From Candidatus Poribacteria bacterium (lineage in GTDB: Bacteria; Poribacteria; WGA-4E; WGA-3G), in assembly GCA_965221425.1 (NCBI GenBank), contig OZ244889.1, positions 2,843,854 through 2,907,853 on the forward strand: 64,000 bases of DNA, given 5' to 3'. The notes beneath the pieces were generated by a model that saw nothing but the letters and a program-made list of their open reading frames with translations, was not told the origin of the DNA and searched no databases. Position 1 is the first letter of the stretch. Every line of letters starts with the position of its first letter. Made by a program: the position numbers and the translations under genes. This document shows positions 7,757-17,633 of this stretch, piece by piece.

Positions 7757-8707
7757 GTGAAACTCGTTACATTCAAAAAGTCATCGTTAGATGAACATTC
7801 CCGACTCGGCGCATGGTTTGATAGTGATCAAATTGTTGATCTCAACTTAGACGACTTAGATATGATCCAATTCTTTGAACAGAATTGCGGCGCAGATGCG
7901 CAAAAACGTATTGACTCTGTTCAACAGCAACTCAGTGATGGGGTAGACTTGTCCGATGTTGTTTTCTCTGTGTCTGATGTTCAATTACTTGCTCCATTTC
8001 CGCGTCCGGCGAGTTTACGTGATTTTGGGGTATTCAAAACACACATGGATGCCGCCGCGCGTATCACGGGAAAAGAAATATCGCCTGAATGGTTCAAACT
8101 ACCTAACTATTATCGGGGCAGCACGAGTCCCACCTCCATTGCTGGACACGAAGCTGTAGTGACCTGGCCCAACTACACGGAAAAACTTGATTTTGAACTG
8201 GAATGGGGCGTTTACATCGGTAAAACCGGTAAAAACATATCAATAGAGGAAGCCCCTGAATACATTGCTGGATATACGATTTATAACGACATCAGCGCAC
8301 GTGATATTCAATTCCGACACATGACATTGTCACTCGGTCCTGCCAAAGGTAAGGATTTTGACAATAGCAATATTATGGGACCGTGTCTGGTTACACCTGA
8401 TGAAATTGGCGATCCGTATAATCTAAAAATGAGTGCGAAAGTGAATGGCGAAGTTTGGGCAGAAGGGAACACTTCAGATATGTATTACTCCTTCGCAGAA
8501 ATGATCTCGTTTGTTTCGCAGTCTGAGACTCTTTTTCCGGGTGAATTTTTAGGTTCTGGTACTGTCGGAAAGGGGTGCGGTTGGGAACTCGACCGATGGA
8601 TTCAACCGGGGGATGTAATTGAACTTGAAGTAGAAAACATCGGTGTGTTGCGGAATCAGATCGGTGAACCGGTACAAAACCCTGCAGCATGGAAGGAAAA
8701 AGTATAA
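7757..8707 (+). CDS. fumarylacetoacetate hydrolase (FAH) family protein
   Basis: GTG start. The blocks GYTIYNDISARDIQ, GKDFDNS and GEFLGSGT are typical of the FAH fold. Confidence 0.8.
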   Translation: MKLVTFKKSSLDEHSRLGAWFDSDQIVDLNLDDLDMIQFFEQNCGADAQKRIDSVQQQLSDGVDLSDVVFSVSDVQLLAPFPRPASLRDFGVFKTHMDAAARITGKEISPEWFKLPNYYRGSTSPTSIAGHEAVVTWPNYTEKLDFELEWGVYIGKTGKNISIEEAPEYIAGYTIYNDISARDIQFRHMTLSLGPAKGKDFDNSNIMGPCLVTPDEIGDPYNLKMSAKVNGEVWAEGNTSDMYYSFAEMISFVSQSETLFPGEFLGSGTVGKGCGWELDRWIQPGDVIELEVENIGVLRNQIGEPVQNPAAWKEKV

Positions 8708-9459
8708 CTGTGCGACTTAAAGATAAGGTTGCCATTATTACAGGTGCTGCTTCTGGGATTGGCAAAGCCACCGCAAAACTTTTTTCGGAACACGACGCGA
8801 AGGTCGTTGTAGCTGACATTGATAAAGACGGTGGAAATCAAACTGTAGCTAATATTCACAATGCTGGCAATGAAGCAATTTATGTTGAAACCGATGTGAC
8901 GATCAAAGCAGACACAGAACAGATGGTAGCCCAGACCGTAAAAACTTACGGCAAACTTGATATTCTTTTCAATAACGCTGGGATTGCAATGCGCCTCCCT
9001 GTTGCTGAACTGCCGGAAGATGACTGGCATCGTTGTTTAAATGTCAATCTTACCGGTGTTTTTCTTTGCGCAAAGGCAGCTATTCCATCTATGCAGCAAA
9101 ACGGCGGCGGATCCATTATCAATATGTCCTCTATTTACGGTATTGTTGGTGCGGATGTGCGTGCCGCGTATGTTGCATCCAAAGGTGCTGTCACAAACTT
9201 AACACGCGGCATGGCACTTGATTACGCGCAAGATAATATCCGTGTCAACTGCATCTGTCCGGGCTTCGTAGAGACGCCTTTAGTTGCCGGAGTCGTCAGA
9301 ACACCGGAAGAATATCAGAAACTTGCGGATAAGCATCCGCTGCGCAGGCTGGGTCAACCTGAAGAAATCGCTTATGGAGCGTTATACCTTGCCTCCGATG
9401 AATCTGCGTTCGTTACGGGAATTGCCTTGCCGATTGATGGCGGCTATACGGCAGGATGA
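8689..9459 (+). CDS. SDR family oxidoreductase
   Basis: Contains TGAASGIGKA (the TGxxxGxG motif), NNAG and the catalytic YVASKGAV (YxxxK). It overlaps the FAH gene by 19 nt. Confidence 0.9.
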   Translation: MEGKSITVRLKDKVAIITGAASGIGKATAKLFSEHDAKVVVADIDKDGGNQTVANIHNAGNEAIYVETDVTIKADTEQMVAQTVKTYGKLDILFNNAGIAMRLPVAELPEDDWHRCLNVNLTGVFLCAKAAIPSMQQNGGGSIINMSSIYGIVGADVRAAYVASKGAVTNLTRGMALDYAQDNIRVNCICPGFVETPLVAGVVRTPEEYQKLADKHPLRRLGQPEEIAYGALYLASDESAFVTGIALPIDGGYTAG

Positions 9460-9493
9460 TGTCAGATACCTTAGCCTTTTATTAGGTGAATTT

Positions 9494-12154
9494 ATGCGTA
9501 AATTATCTTTAGTGGTTTTTCTTATATTGCTCATAAACAGTGCATATCTATTCAGTTTCGGCGAACCAACACTCTTCTATATTTCCAACGTCTTGTTCCA
9601 CTTAGCACTTGGGACTATATTAATAATCCCGTTTGGTGTCTACCTTTATCATAAATTCAAAAACATCTCACCTATTGGACGTATTGGTATTTTTGGATTG
9701 ATAGTCGGAATCGCTACTGGTGGTTATCTGATGATGGTTGGTGCTACCACTCCCTATCGTTGGCTGCTCATTACACACATTGTTAGCATCAGTATAGGGA
9801 GTCTTCTCTTTTGTATTCACCTATTGAAGGACAGTACCAGTCTTTCGTCAAGTCTGAAAAAAGTAATTGTTGGCACATTAATTGCTGTCCTGTTTTTCCC
9901 AATTGGTGCCAAACTTTCCCAACACTATTTCCCAAATGAGAATTATTTTGTCAAAAACCCCGCGCTGCCACCTACAAGTATGTACGAAGAGGGCGGCGGA
10001 ACAACGGGTCATTTTTTTCCAGCATCCGTTGAAACAGAGACAGGTAACCTGATTCCGACAGACTTCTTTCTTACATCGGAGACTTGTGCTGCGAATGGAT
10101 GTCATCCTGATATTTTCAAACAGTGGAATGAATCTGCTCATCATTTCTCTTCTTTCAACAACCAATGGTACCGTAAGTCAATCATTTATATGCAGGAGGT
10201 AAATGGAATTGAAGCTTCTAAATGGTGCGGCGGATGCCACGATCCCGCGATTTTACTCAACGGTATTATGGATAAACCGATTCAGGAAAATCTACACACA
10301 CCTGCAGCACAGGCAGGGTTAGCATGCACTGCGTGCCACTCTATTGAAAGGGTAAAAGATACGATGGGTAACAGCGGATATGTGATTAAATATCCGCCTC
10401 TGCATGATATAGCGTCAAGCGATAATCGTTTCGTCCGAAGTTTACATAACTATCTGATACGTTTAGATCCAGAACCGCATAAAAAGAGTTTTCTTAAACC
10501 TTTTCACCGCGACAATACAGCCGAATTCTGTTCAACCTGCCATAAAGTACATCTGGACTTTCCAGTCAATAATTTTAAATGGGTACGTGGTTTCAATGAC
10601 TACGATCAATGGCAAAAAAGCGGTATTTCCCAACAAGGCGCGCTCTCTTTTTACTATCCTGAAAAGGCTAAGAAATGTGCAGATTGTCACATGCCGCTCG
10701 TAGACTCTACGGATGCGGGCAATATCAACGGTAAGGTTCATAGTCATCGTTTTCCTGCTGCGAACACAGCACTTCCCTTTGTAAATCAACACGAAGAGCA
10801 ACTCCAAGCTGTAATAGACTTTTTACAGAATGATGTGGTAACATTGGATTTGTTTGCCAATGGGATGCCGATTCCAAAAAATGGAACTGAAATCAAGCGA
10901 AATGAAAACACGCTTATTGAGGTTGTCGTCCGTACGCGAGGTGTCGGTCATCAATTCCCGGCTGGGACTATTGACGCGTTTGACATCTGGCTTGAGGTGA
11001 AAGCCACAGATGAAAACGGAAAAATCGTGTTTTGGAACGGCAGGATTGAAGAACCTGACGGAAATGGACCTGTTGATCCGAACGCACATTTTTATCGCGC
11101 TTATATGTTGGACGCGCATGGAAATCTGATCAACAAACGAAATGCGTGGGCGATGCGGACAGTATTGTACTCACGTACTATTCCGCCGGGTGCTGCAGAT
11201 ACCGTTCGATATCGTCTTGAAATTCCAGACGATTGTGGTGACATTCTTACCTTGGAAGCGAAACTCAATTACAGAAAATTCAATTGGTGGCATACGCAAT
11301 GGGCTTATGCAGGTGTCCGCGATCCTAAAGATACAAATTTTCAGGTGGATAAAGGTTACGACGATGGAAAGTGGGTTTGGACAGGTGATACATCAGATGT
11401 CGCGGGAAAAATCAAGGCGATTCCCAACCTTCCAATTACCGTGATGGCAGAAGCAAAAGCAGCGCTCTATGTAAAACTGGCATCGCAAAATACACCTAAA
11501 CGAAAAACAGAAATAGCAAATGCACGTGAACGTTGGAACGACTACGGCATTGGGCTTCTCCTGCAAGATGATCTGAGAGCTGCACAAAACGCTTTTAGGA
11601 AGGTAACCGAAATTGAACCCACCTACATGGACGGATGGGTGAATATCGCACGATGTCGTATCAAAGAGGGAGATATGCGTGGTGCTGAAGCGATGCTCAA
11701 TAAAGCGTTTGAGATTCAGAAAACATTGCCTACTGAAAACTTACATCGTGCAAAGGTTCATTACTTTTACGCTCTGGTTCAAGAATCTTATGGTAACTAT
11801 GACACGGCGATTCAGCATCTTCAACAAGCTGCCTTGCAATTTCCGCGCGATACTCGTGTTCGCAACGAATTGGGACGTATGCACTTCCTAAAACGCGAAT
11901 ATGAAACTGCTTTAGCGCAGTTCCAAAAAACGCTTGCGGTTGATCCTGAAGATTTGGATGCGCATTACAATATGATGCGATGTTATCGCGCGCTTAAAAA
12001 TCGTTCTATGGCTGAGAAATCCGAAAAACTGTATTTACGGTTTAAGGCAGATGAGTCCGTTGACGCGATTACAGGTATTGCCCGCCGCGCTGACCCGCAT
12101 GCGAATCGGGAACGTCAGCAAATTCATGAACACGTCAACAGTTATGGACAGTGA
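9494..12154 (+). CDS. membrane-anchored multihaem c-type cytochrome with a C-terminal TPR domain
   Basis: I prefer the start at ATG 9494 (MRKLSLVVFLILL...). About 5 N-terminal TM helices are followed by haem motifs CGGCH, CTACH, CSTCH and CADCH plus an atypical CAANGCH. The C-terminal roughly 250 aa look like TPR repeats. The 9284 start in the ORF track would run through the SDR gene. Confidence 0.75.
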   Translation: MRKLSLVVFLILLINSAYLFSFGEPTLFYISNVLFHLALGTILIIPFGVYLYHKFKNISPIGRIGIFGLIVGIATGGYLMMVGATTPYRWLLITHIVSISIGSLLFCIHLLKDSTSLSSSLKKVIVGTLIAVLFFPIGAKLSQHYFPNENYFVKNPALPPTSMYEEGGGTTGHFFPASVETETGNLIPTDFFLTSETCAANGCHPDIFKQWNESAHHFSSFNNQWYRKSIIYMQEVNGIEASKWCGGCHDPAILLNGIMDKPIQENLHTPAAQAGLACTACHSIERVKDTMGNSGYVIKYPPLHDIASSDNRFVRSLHNYLIRLDPEPHKKSFLKPFHRDNTAEFCSTCHKVHLDFPVNNFKWVRGFNDYDQWQKSGISQQGALSFYYPEKAKKCADCHMPLVDSTDAGNINGKVHSHRFPAANTALPFVNQHEEQLQAVIDFLQNDVVTLDLFANGMPIPKNGTEIKRNENTLIEVVVRTRGVGHQFPAGTIDAFDIWLEVKATDENGKIVFWNGRIEEPDGNGPVDPNAHFYRAYMLDAHGNLINKRNAWAMRTVLYSRTIPPGAADTVRYRLEIPDDCGDILTLEAKLNYRKFNWWHTQWAYAGVRDPKDTNFQVDKGYDDGKWVWTGDTSDVAGKIKAIPNLPITVMAEAKAALYVKLASQNTPKRKTEIANARERWNDYGIGLLLQDDLRAAQNAFRKVTEIEPTYMDGWVNIARCRIKEGDMRGAEAMLNKAFEIQKTLPTENLHRAKVHYFYALVQESYGNYDTAIQHLQQAALQFPRDTRVRNELGRMHFLKREYETALAQFQKTLAVDPEDLDAHYNMMRCYRALKNRSMAEKSEKLYLRFKADESVDAITGIARRADPHANRERQQIHEHVNSYGQ

Positions 12155-12265
12155 TTATACCCAATTAACGCGATTCATAACGGTAGGTGCGGTTAGAAAA
12201 CGGCACTGAATTTGAATCAAAAACCTTCATAACGACTTACCCTGTCGGGTGCGGTTAGGAAACCG

Positions 12266-12478
12266 CCCATAGGCGTCAATTTAGTGCCTGAGTTTCTTGT
12301 TGGAGGGCTTTGGGAGTCCAATTTCTCTTGTAGGAGCGAGCTTCGCTCGCGACATCAGACGCAGGGTCGCGAGCAAAACTCGCTCCTACAGAATGTCCGA
12401 AGTGCCAAATTCCAAACGCGCGTTTGCCAATGAATTCGCGACTACGAACGCTTATCTTCTTAAATTGATGCATATGGT
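12266..12478 (+). repeat. ~210 bp composite repeat (inverted partner at 23741..23942)
   Basis: CATAGGCGTCAATTTAGTGCCTGA...TGTAGGAGCGAG..GCTCGCGAC...GTCGCGAGCAAAACTCGCTCCTACAGAATGTCCGAAGTGCCAAATTCCAAACGCGCGTTTG.CAATGAATTCGCGACTACGAACGCTT.TCTTCTTAAATTGA. The sequence contains a two-tier hairpin. Confidence 0.85.
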
Positions 12479-12650
12479 GCGGTTAGGAAACCGCACCCGC
12501 AGAATACCACACGCGTATTCTGCGTTGATTTGGCCAAATGCCAAACGCGCATTTGGCGTTGATTCATCGCCCTTGGGTATTAACTTTAAGTAAACCTTAA
12601 TAACAGAAAACTCTTAAAACTAAATACCCCTGCCCTGTTATAGAAATTCG

Positions 12651-12680
12651 TTGACACTTTATTCCTGAAGATGTTATAAT
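12651..12680 (+). promoter_or_regulatory. sigma-70-like promoter candidate for the TonB-dependent receptor gene
   Basis: TTGACA at 12651-12656, an 18-nt spacer, and TATAAT at 12675-12680, about 40 nt before the ATG at 12719. Confidence 0.5.
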
Positions 12681-12718
12681 TCCCGTAACCTTACAAATCA
12701 GAAGAGTGAGGCTGCATA

Positions 12719-14749
12719 ATGTCCAACACCAAATTGTACGCCATTAGGTTTCTCCTTTTCCACATTCTTTTTTTGTTTTTCGCTCATGTTCTTACGGTTC
12801 ATGCCCAAGAAAACCAAAAACCGATAGAACTTGAGAAAATTGTTGTAACGCCTGGCCGATTTATGATTTATGATGGCGCGACCCCACAACTTTCACTTTC
12901 CAAGAAAGAGATAGAAAGGTTTCCATTAATCGACAATGATATAATGCGTTCAGGACATATTTTACCGGGCGTTACTGCAAACGATTATAGCGCACGTTTC
13001 AGCGTTAGGGGTGGCGAAAAGGATGGCGTCTCAGTGAGATTGGACGGAATGGAACTCTACAATCCGTATCATCTGCAGGATTTTGGCGGGGCTGTATCTT
13101 TGGTTGGACTCGGTTTAATCCAACGGGCTGATCTGCTGATGGGCGGATTCCCCGCAGAATATGGACAAAAAATGTCGGGTGTGTTTGACATGACAACCAA
13201 GCCTCCGAATACAGAAAAGGTCTCAGCAAATTTCGGGATAGACCTTATCAATGCAACCGCTATGGTGGAGGGACCTCTAACTGAAAAAGGCGGATGGATG
13301 CTGTCAGCACGCCGCGGTTACGTTGACTTAATCCTTGCACTCATAGATCTTGACGAGGAATATAAACCACAATATGCCGATGTCTACGGAAAACTGATGT
13401 ACCAGGTAACAGAAGCAGACACACTCACGCTTAACGGATTGTACGGTTGGGATAAAAATCTGATACGTGTAGGCGATATAGACAACAACTTGGATTCTCT
13501 ATACGACAATTCAACTGTTTGGCTAAAATGGCGACATACGTTTGGCACTTCGTATTGGACAGATGTTTTTGTTTTTGGTGGCACATCAAGCCAAGAGAGG
13601 ACAACAGGAAAATCGGATTTTGACAATCGCGATTTTCGATTTTTAGGCACAAAAGCAGAACTCACATTAAACGGATTTGAAAAACATACGTTTCGTACGG
13701 GGGTTGAGTGGCGTTGGTCTGCTGCCCAATACGATTACGACGTTCAAGAACGACAAGCAGGCATAAACAGATATAAGCCGATTCGCGCAAACTTTGACGA
13801 CAGCGGGAATGACATTAAATTATTCCTACAAGATGAGTGGCAGATTCATCCGAAACTTGCACTCAACGTAGGTGGGCGCTATGTCGTTCAGAACTATCGA
13901 AATTCAGATGTTCAAAACTATGAAATTGGGCCTCGTGTGGCGTTCGCGGTAAGTCCGAAGAAAAATTTAGTATTCCGAGGTGCCTGGGGTGTCTATCATC
14001 AACCTGTCGATTTGATGTCAGTGCCTGTTGAAGATAATATAAAGACCGTCGGACGGGCAGAACAGGCAATGCATTATATCCTCGGTTGTGAATATACCCG
14101 TGGCAACAATTTTTTGATTCGCCTTGAAGGATACTACAAAAAATTTGATAATTTGGTAGGGAGACTGAGAGAATTTGGACGGCAAATGCAGATTTTCACG
14201 CCCCCAGAATCCGCTGATGCAAGGGGATTTGATCTATTTGCGACACAAGCTGTTTCATCACGTTTTACATGGGGACTCGGTTACGCTTACGGCATCGCAA
14301 AAGAAACATCGGGAGACATAACAATATTTCGGCAGTATGATAGACGGCATTCACTTTTTCTTAGCAGTAGCCATCAGATTGCGTCTACATGGCATCTCTA
14401 TCTCAGCTGGCGTTTTCATACTGGTGATCCGAGAACACCTTTGACTCATGAAAAGGTTCAGTTAACAGAAGGTAGTATTGCTTGTAATCGGCAATTTGGC
14501 GAAACACATTCGGAGCGATTGCCAGCCTACCATAGTCTCGATTTTCGGATTACAAAGCGGAGCCCGTATAAACGATGGGCACTCACATGGTATTTTCAAA
14601 TTTTAAACTTATATAACCACACCAATTTAGATCAGTATGCGTTCAGTGAAATGCGTGATGAAGTAACAGGTGCTATTACTGACTGCGTAATTGAGGAAGA
14701 ACCCCAGTTACCTATTATTCCTACGTTAGGCATGACGATTACATTTTAA
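12719..14749 (+). CDS. TonB-dependent receptor
   Basis: A signal peptide ending in HAQE, a plug-like N-terminus (IVVTPGRF...), a long beta-rich body and a terminal aromatic residue (...GMTITF). Confidence 0.8.
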   Translation: MSNTKLYAIRFLLFHILFLFFAHVLTVHAQENQKPIELEKIVVTPGRFMIYDGATPQLSLSKKEIERFPLIDNDIMRSGHILPGVTANDYSARFSVRGGEKDGVSVRLDGMELYNPYHLQDFGGAVSLVGLGLIQRADLLMGGFPAEYGQKMSGVFDMTTKPPNTEKVSANFGIDLINATAMVEGPLTEKGGWMLSARRGYVDLILALIDLDEEYKPQYADVYGKLMYQVTEADTLTLNGLYGWDKNLIRVGDIDNNLDSLYDNSTVWLKWRHTFGTSYWTDVFVFGGTSSQERTTGKSDFDNRDFRFLGTKAELTLNGFEKHTFRTGVEWRWSAAQYDYDVQERQAGINRYKPIRANFDDSGNDIKLFLQDEWQIHPKLALNVGGRYVVQNYRNSDVQNYEIGPRVAFAVSPKKNLVFRGAWGVYHQPVDLMSVPVEDNIKTVGRAEQAMHYILGCEYTRGNNFLIRLEGYYKKFDNLVGRLREFGRQMQIFTPPESADARGFDLFATQAVSSRFTWGLGYAYGIAKETSGDITIFRQYDRRHSLFLSSSHQIASTWHLYLSWRFHTGDPRTPLTHEKVQLTEGSIACNRQFGETHSERLPAYHSLDFRITKRSPYKRWALTWYFQILNLYNHTNLDQYAFSEMRDEVTGAITDCVIEEEPQLPIIPTLGMTITF

Positions 14750-14773
14750 TCGCGTGTTTACTTTAGGTGAAGC

Positions 14774-15220
14774 GTGAAAATGTTTAAACGTATCAGAAAC
14801 TTATTATACCAAATCTGGGATTCCGCCAGAACCTCACGCGACAACTTTCTACCACGGGTAGCCCCCAGCGTAGAAGAGGCGATCCTACCTTATGACCCCG
14901 AAGAAAATGCTATCCTGCCAAGTGAACTTAAACAGATGATGAATGCTGGCAGGGATTTCGTTTTGCTTGACGTGAGGGAGGTATGGGAATATCAACTTGT
15001 TCATATTGAGGGGGCAGTGTCTATTCCGCTTGGTGAACTGCCAAGACGGTCTCGTGAACTTTTACCGGTAGATGAAATTGTTGTTTACTGTCATCATGGG
15101 ATGCGGAGTCTTGATGCCGCATATCTGCTACAACAACTCGGATTCAAGTCGGTACTCAGCGTTGCTGGCGGGATTGATAGGTGGGCAAAAGAGATTGATC
15201 CGGACATGCAGCGTTATTAG
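14774..15220 (+). CDS. rhodanese-like sulfurtransferase domain protein
   Basis: LLDVRE..E and the active-site loop CHHGMRS. The start could be GTG 14774 or ATG 14780. Confidence 0.8.
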   Translation: MKMFKRIRNLLYQIWDSARTSRDNFLPRVAPSVEEAILPYDPEENAILPSELKQMMNAGRDFVLLDVREVWEYQLVHIEGAVSIPLGELPRRSRELLPVDEIVVYCHHGMRSLDAAYLLQQLGFKSVLSVAGGIDRWAKEIDPDMQRY

Positions 15221-15331
15221 ATCATAGTCTTGCCGGATGCTGTTGAAAATATATCCATGGACATGAATTGACAAAACTATCATAATCTTTCATCGATCGT
15301 ATCTAAACAATTTTGAAGGGAGATTTTCACT

Positions 15332-16048
15332 GTGTCCTTGAAAATCGGCATCACTTGCAAAAAAAATGTCCGCCTGGAAAACTATACCGATGCAATTGTA
15401 AATTTTGGAGGGGATCCGATCATATTTGCATCGCTGGAAAAATCGATTCCTGAACATTTGGCATCTATACCTAAATATGTTGAGGAAATTGATGGGCTTT
15501 TACTACCAGGCGGCGGCGACATTGATTCGACCCATTTTTTTCAGGAACTGCATCCTAAAGTTAATAATGTGAGCAGATCTCGTGACGCTTTAGAACTACG
15601 ATTGTGTCAAAAGGCTTTGAAAGCCAATATTCCTGTTTTCGGAATTTGTCGTGGCATCCAAGTGATGAGTGTTGCAATGGGGGGAAGTCTCTATCAAAAT
15701 ATAGAAGCAGTATATCCAAAAGAGGCACTTGACCATAAGGTAGATGAACATGGAGAGGATTCTCAACATCAAATTGAGATTAAACCCTATAGCCGATTAA
15801 GCGAAATTGTAAATGAACATCAAACCTTAGTGAACTCCGCCCATCATCAAGCAGTAGACGCGATTGGCGAAGAGTTTGTCGTGACAGCGCGTTCAGAGGA
15901 TGGCATCATTGAGGCAATAGAAAACCCTTCAAAGCGGTTTGTGATAGGTGTGCAATATCATCCTGAACGGATGCTTAAAAAGCCGGAACTTCGTCAACAT
16001 GCAGAAAAGTTATTTGAGGCGTTTATTCATGCCGCTAAACAACGATAG
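15332..16048 (+). CDS. class I glutamine amidotransferase, peptidase C26 (gamma-glutamyl-GABA hydrolase-like)
   Basis: LLPGGGDI, the nucleophile elbow GICRGIQ and QYHPE. Confidence 0.85.
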   Translation: MSLKIGITCKKNVRLENYTDAIVNFGGDPIIFASLEKSIPEHLASIPKYVEEIDGLLLPGGGDIDSTHFFQELHPKVNNVSRSRDALELRLCQKALKANIPVFGICRGIQVMSVAMGGSLYQNIEAVYPKEALDHKVDEHGEDSQHQIEIKPYSRLSEIVNEHQTLVNSAHHQAVDAIGEEFVVTARSEDGIIEAIENPSKRFVIGVQYHPERMLKKPELRQHAEKLFEAFIHAAKQR

Positions 16049-16067
16049 CCCGAAAACGGGTCTATAA

Positions 16068-16997
16068 CTAAAAAGTAGCGATCAAAGAAAATCGGTGTGT
16101 TAGCCCCAAATCACCAAATGGGATGAGTGCATAATCAATTTGAAATCTTCGGAGCGTCAGTCCAAAACCGCCTCTAAGTCCTGAAGTTGCCCCCAAATCG
16201 TTGCCACCGAATTTGTAATTATAACCTGCCCGTAGTTGCAATACGTTTCCTATTGTGTAAGCCCCTCCTATCCCGATGGAATTATCGTTGTCGGTGGGAC
16301 GAATGAAATCCATTGTCATGACAACAGCATCGTTCCAGAGACTATACGCTGTTCCTAATCTGAACGTGAAAGGGAGTTCAAACGCATCCTCAACGTACTG
16401 CACTCGTGGTCCAATATGTTGCGCGTTAAAACCGAGTGAAAGAGGAACGTTAGCAAAAGCATATAACCCGCCAAGATCGAATGCAATCCCGCTACCACTA
16501 TCATCAGCAATCTGTTCCCGTAGGAGTTTTGCATTTGCACCAAAAGCCAACGTTTTCCCGATACTCCGCGCATAAGAGAGAACTATTGCTAAATCGTAAG
16601 GTCGGAAAAGGGTTGTTTCATTTCCCTCTTGGTCGCGTCCTTGCAATTCACCGAAGGATAAGAAATTGGCACTTGCACCAACTGTATTCTTTCCAATCGG
16701 AAGCGCAAATCCGACAAACTCATGATTGATTCCAGCGAACCATTCGTTATGCATGAGTGCAAGTTGCGGTTTTTGTAACCGTGTGAGACCTGCTGGATTC
16801 CAAAACGATGCATAGAGGTCATCTGTTGCAGCGACTTGGGACTCTCCCATTCCCATTGCTTTCGCACCGACACCTATCTTGAGAAATGTCATCGCGCGAG
16901 TGCCTGCGTTCTCGTGAATGTCTGTGCTATCGGCTGCAACAGGTATACACGTGAGGATGGAAGCTATGATAAAAATATAAGGAAAGATGTAATTCAT
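16068..16997 (-). CDS. PorV/PorQ-like outer-membrane beta-barrel protein
   Basis: A signal peptide followed by FLKIGVGAKAMGMGESQVAATDDLYASFWNPAGL, the signature N-terminal block of this family as I recall it. The C-terminus ends ...LIATF. Confidence 0.7.
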   Translation of the reverse strand: MNYIFPYIFIIASILTCIPVAADSTDIHENAGTRAMTFLKIGVGAKAMGMGESQVAATDDLYASFWNPAGLTRLQKPQLALMHNEWFAGINHEFVGFALPIGKNTVGASANFLSFGELQGRDQEGNETTLFRPYDLAIVLSYARSIGKTLAFGANAKLLREQIADDSGSGIAFDLGGLYAFANVPLSLGFNAQHIGPRVQYVEDAFELPFTFRLGTAYSLWNDAVVMTMDFIRPTDNDNSIGIGGAYTIGNVLQLRAGYNYKFGGNDLGATSGLRGGFGLTLRRFQIDYALIPFGDLGLTHRFSLIATF

Positions 16998-17049
16998 AAG
17001 TTTGCGTTTTCCGTTAGGTTTTTTCTTCCATATTTTCTTTTAAGTCAGT

Positions 17050-17466
17050 CTATGTATCATCTGGATATTTTTCAGAGGCATCATGTTTTGGAATATTAGA
17101 CTGTTTTAGAAAGAAATGTTGAATCAAAAACCACCCTAAATTTAGGATTATAACTCCGATTACTCCTCTCCAAATCCAAGATAATGTTCCTTGTAACTCT
17201 TTTATATCGTCATTCATCAACTCTATTTGTTTGCCATTTACAGCAACCTCTTTTCCAAGATCAGCTATATTCTTATTTTGTTCAGTAAATTTCTTATTTT
17301 GTTCAGTAAATTTCTTATCAATATAATCTCTGAGTCTATTTTCCAATTCGTGCATTTTTTCAATAATAATCATTGCTTGTGATTCAGGAATCTTCTCTTG
17401 TCCGTACGCAATAGGGGTAAGACAAAGCACAAAGATCACCATGAAAGTATTCCATTTGTTACGCAT
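17050..17466 (-). CDS. hypothetical exported coiled-coil protein with a C-terminal TM helix
   Basis: 138 aa with a signal peptide (..PIAYGQE), a coiled coil carrying a duplicated KKFTEQN heptad, and the TM helix VIGVIILNLGWFLIQHFF. Confidence 0.55.
   Translation of the reverse strand: MRNKWNTFMVIFVLCLTPIAYGQEKIPESQAMIIIEKMHELENRLRDYIDKKFTEQNKKFTEQNKNIADLGKEVAVNGKQIELMNDDIKELQGTLSWIWRGVIGVIILNLGWFLIQHFFLKQSNIPKHDASEKYPDDT
17270..17317. repeat. perfect 21-nt tandem repeat (2.3 copies) inside the coiled-coil gene
   Basis: TTCTTATTTTGTTCAGTAAAT occurs twice, followed by TTCTTA. On the coding strand this encodes the duplicated KKFTEQN heptad. Confidence 0.9.
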
Positions 17467-17574
17467 TTAGGTTCACCTTCTGTCACACAAAACTATTTCA
17501 TTTATCAAACTCACGTTATTATATCATATAGGTTTGTTGAAGTCAACTTCCATTTTATTCAAGTTACAAACGTT

Positions 17575-17603
17575 TTGACTTCGTATCTCTCTAATGATAT
17601 ACT
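17575..17603 (+). promoter_or_regulatory. sigma-70-like promoter candidate for the helicase-GIY-YIG gene
   Basis: TTGACT at 17575-17580, a 17-nt spacer, and TATACT at 17598-17603, 30 nt before the ATG at 17634. Confidence 0.5.
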
Positions 17604-17633
17604 AAGCATAAGTATTCTTTCCTACGATCAAAT

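Noticed and set aside
9284-9493. The ORF track extends the cytochrome gene upstream to 9284 (956 aa).
   Set aside because: The extension overlaps the 3' end of the SDR gene in another frame and encodes no recognisable sequence. ATG 9494 begins a typical hydrophobic N-terminus.
12276-12593. ORFs 12297..12593(+), 12276..12473(-) and 23589..23984(-) encode similar peptides (..SFARDI.RRVASKTRSYRMSEVPNSKRAF.NEFATTNA.LLKL..).
   Set aside because: The similarity comes from near-identical nucleotide repeats dominated by long hairpins. I see no RBS or sensible start. The 23589..23984 ORF also overlaps the real PhyH start region.
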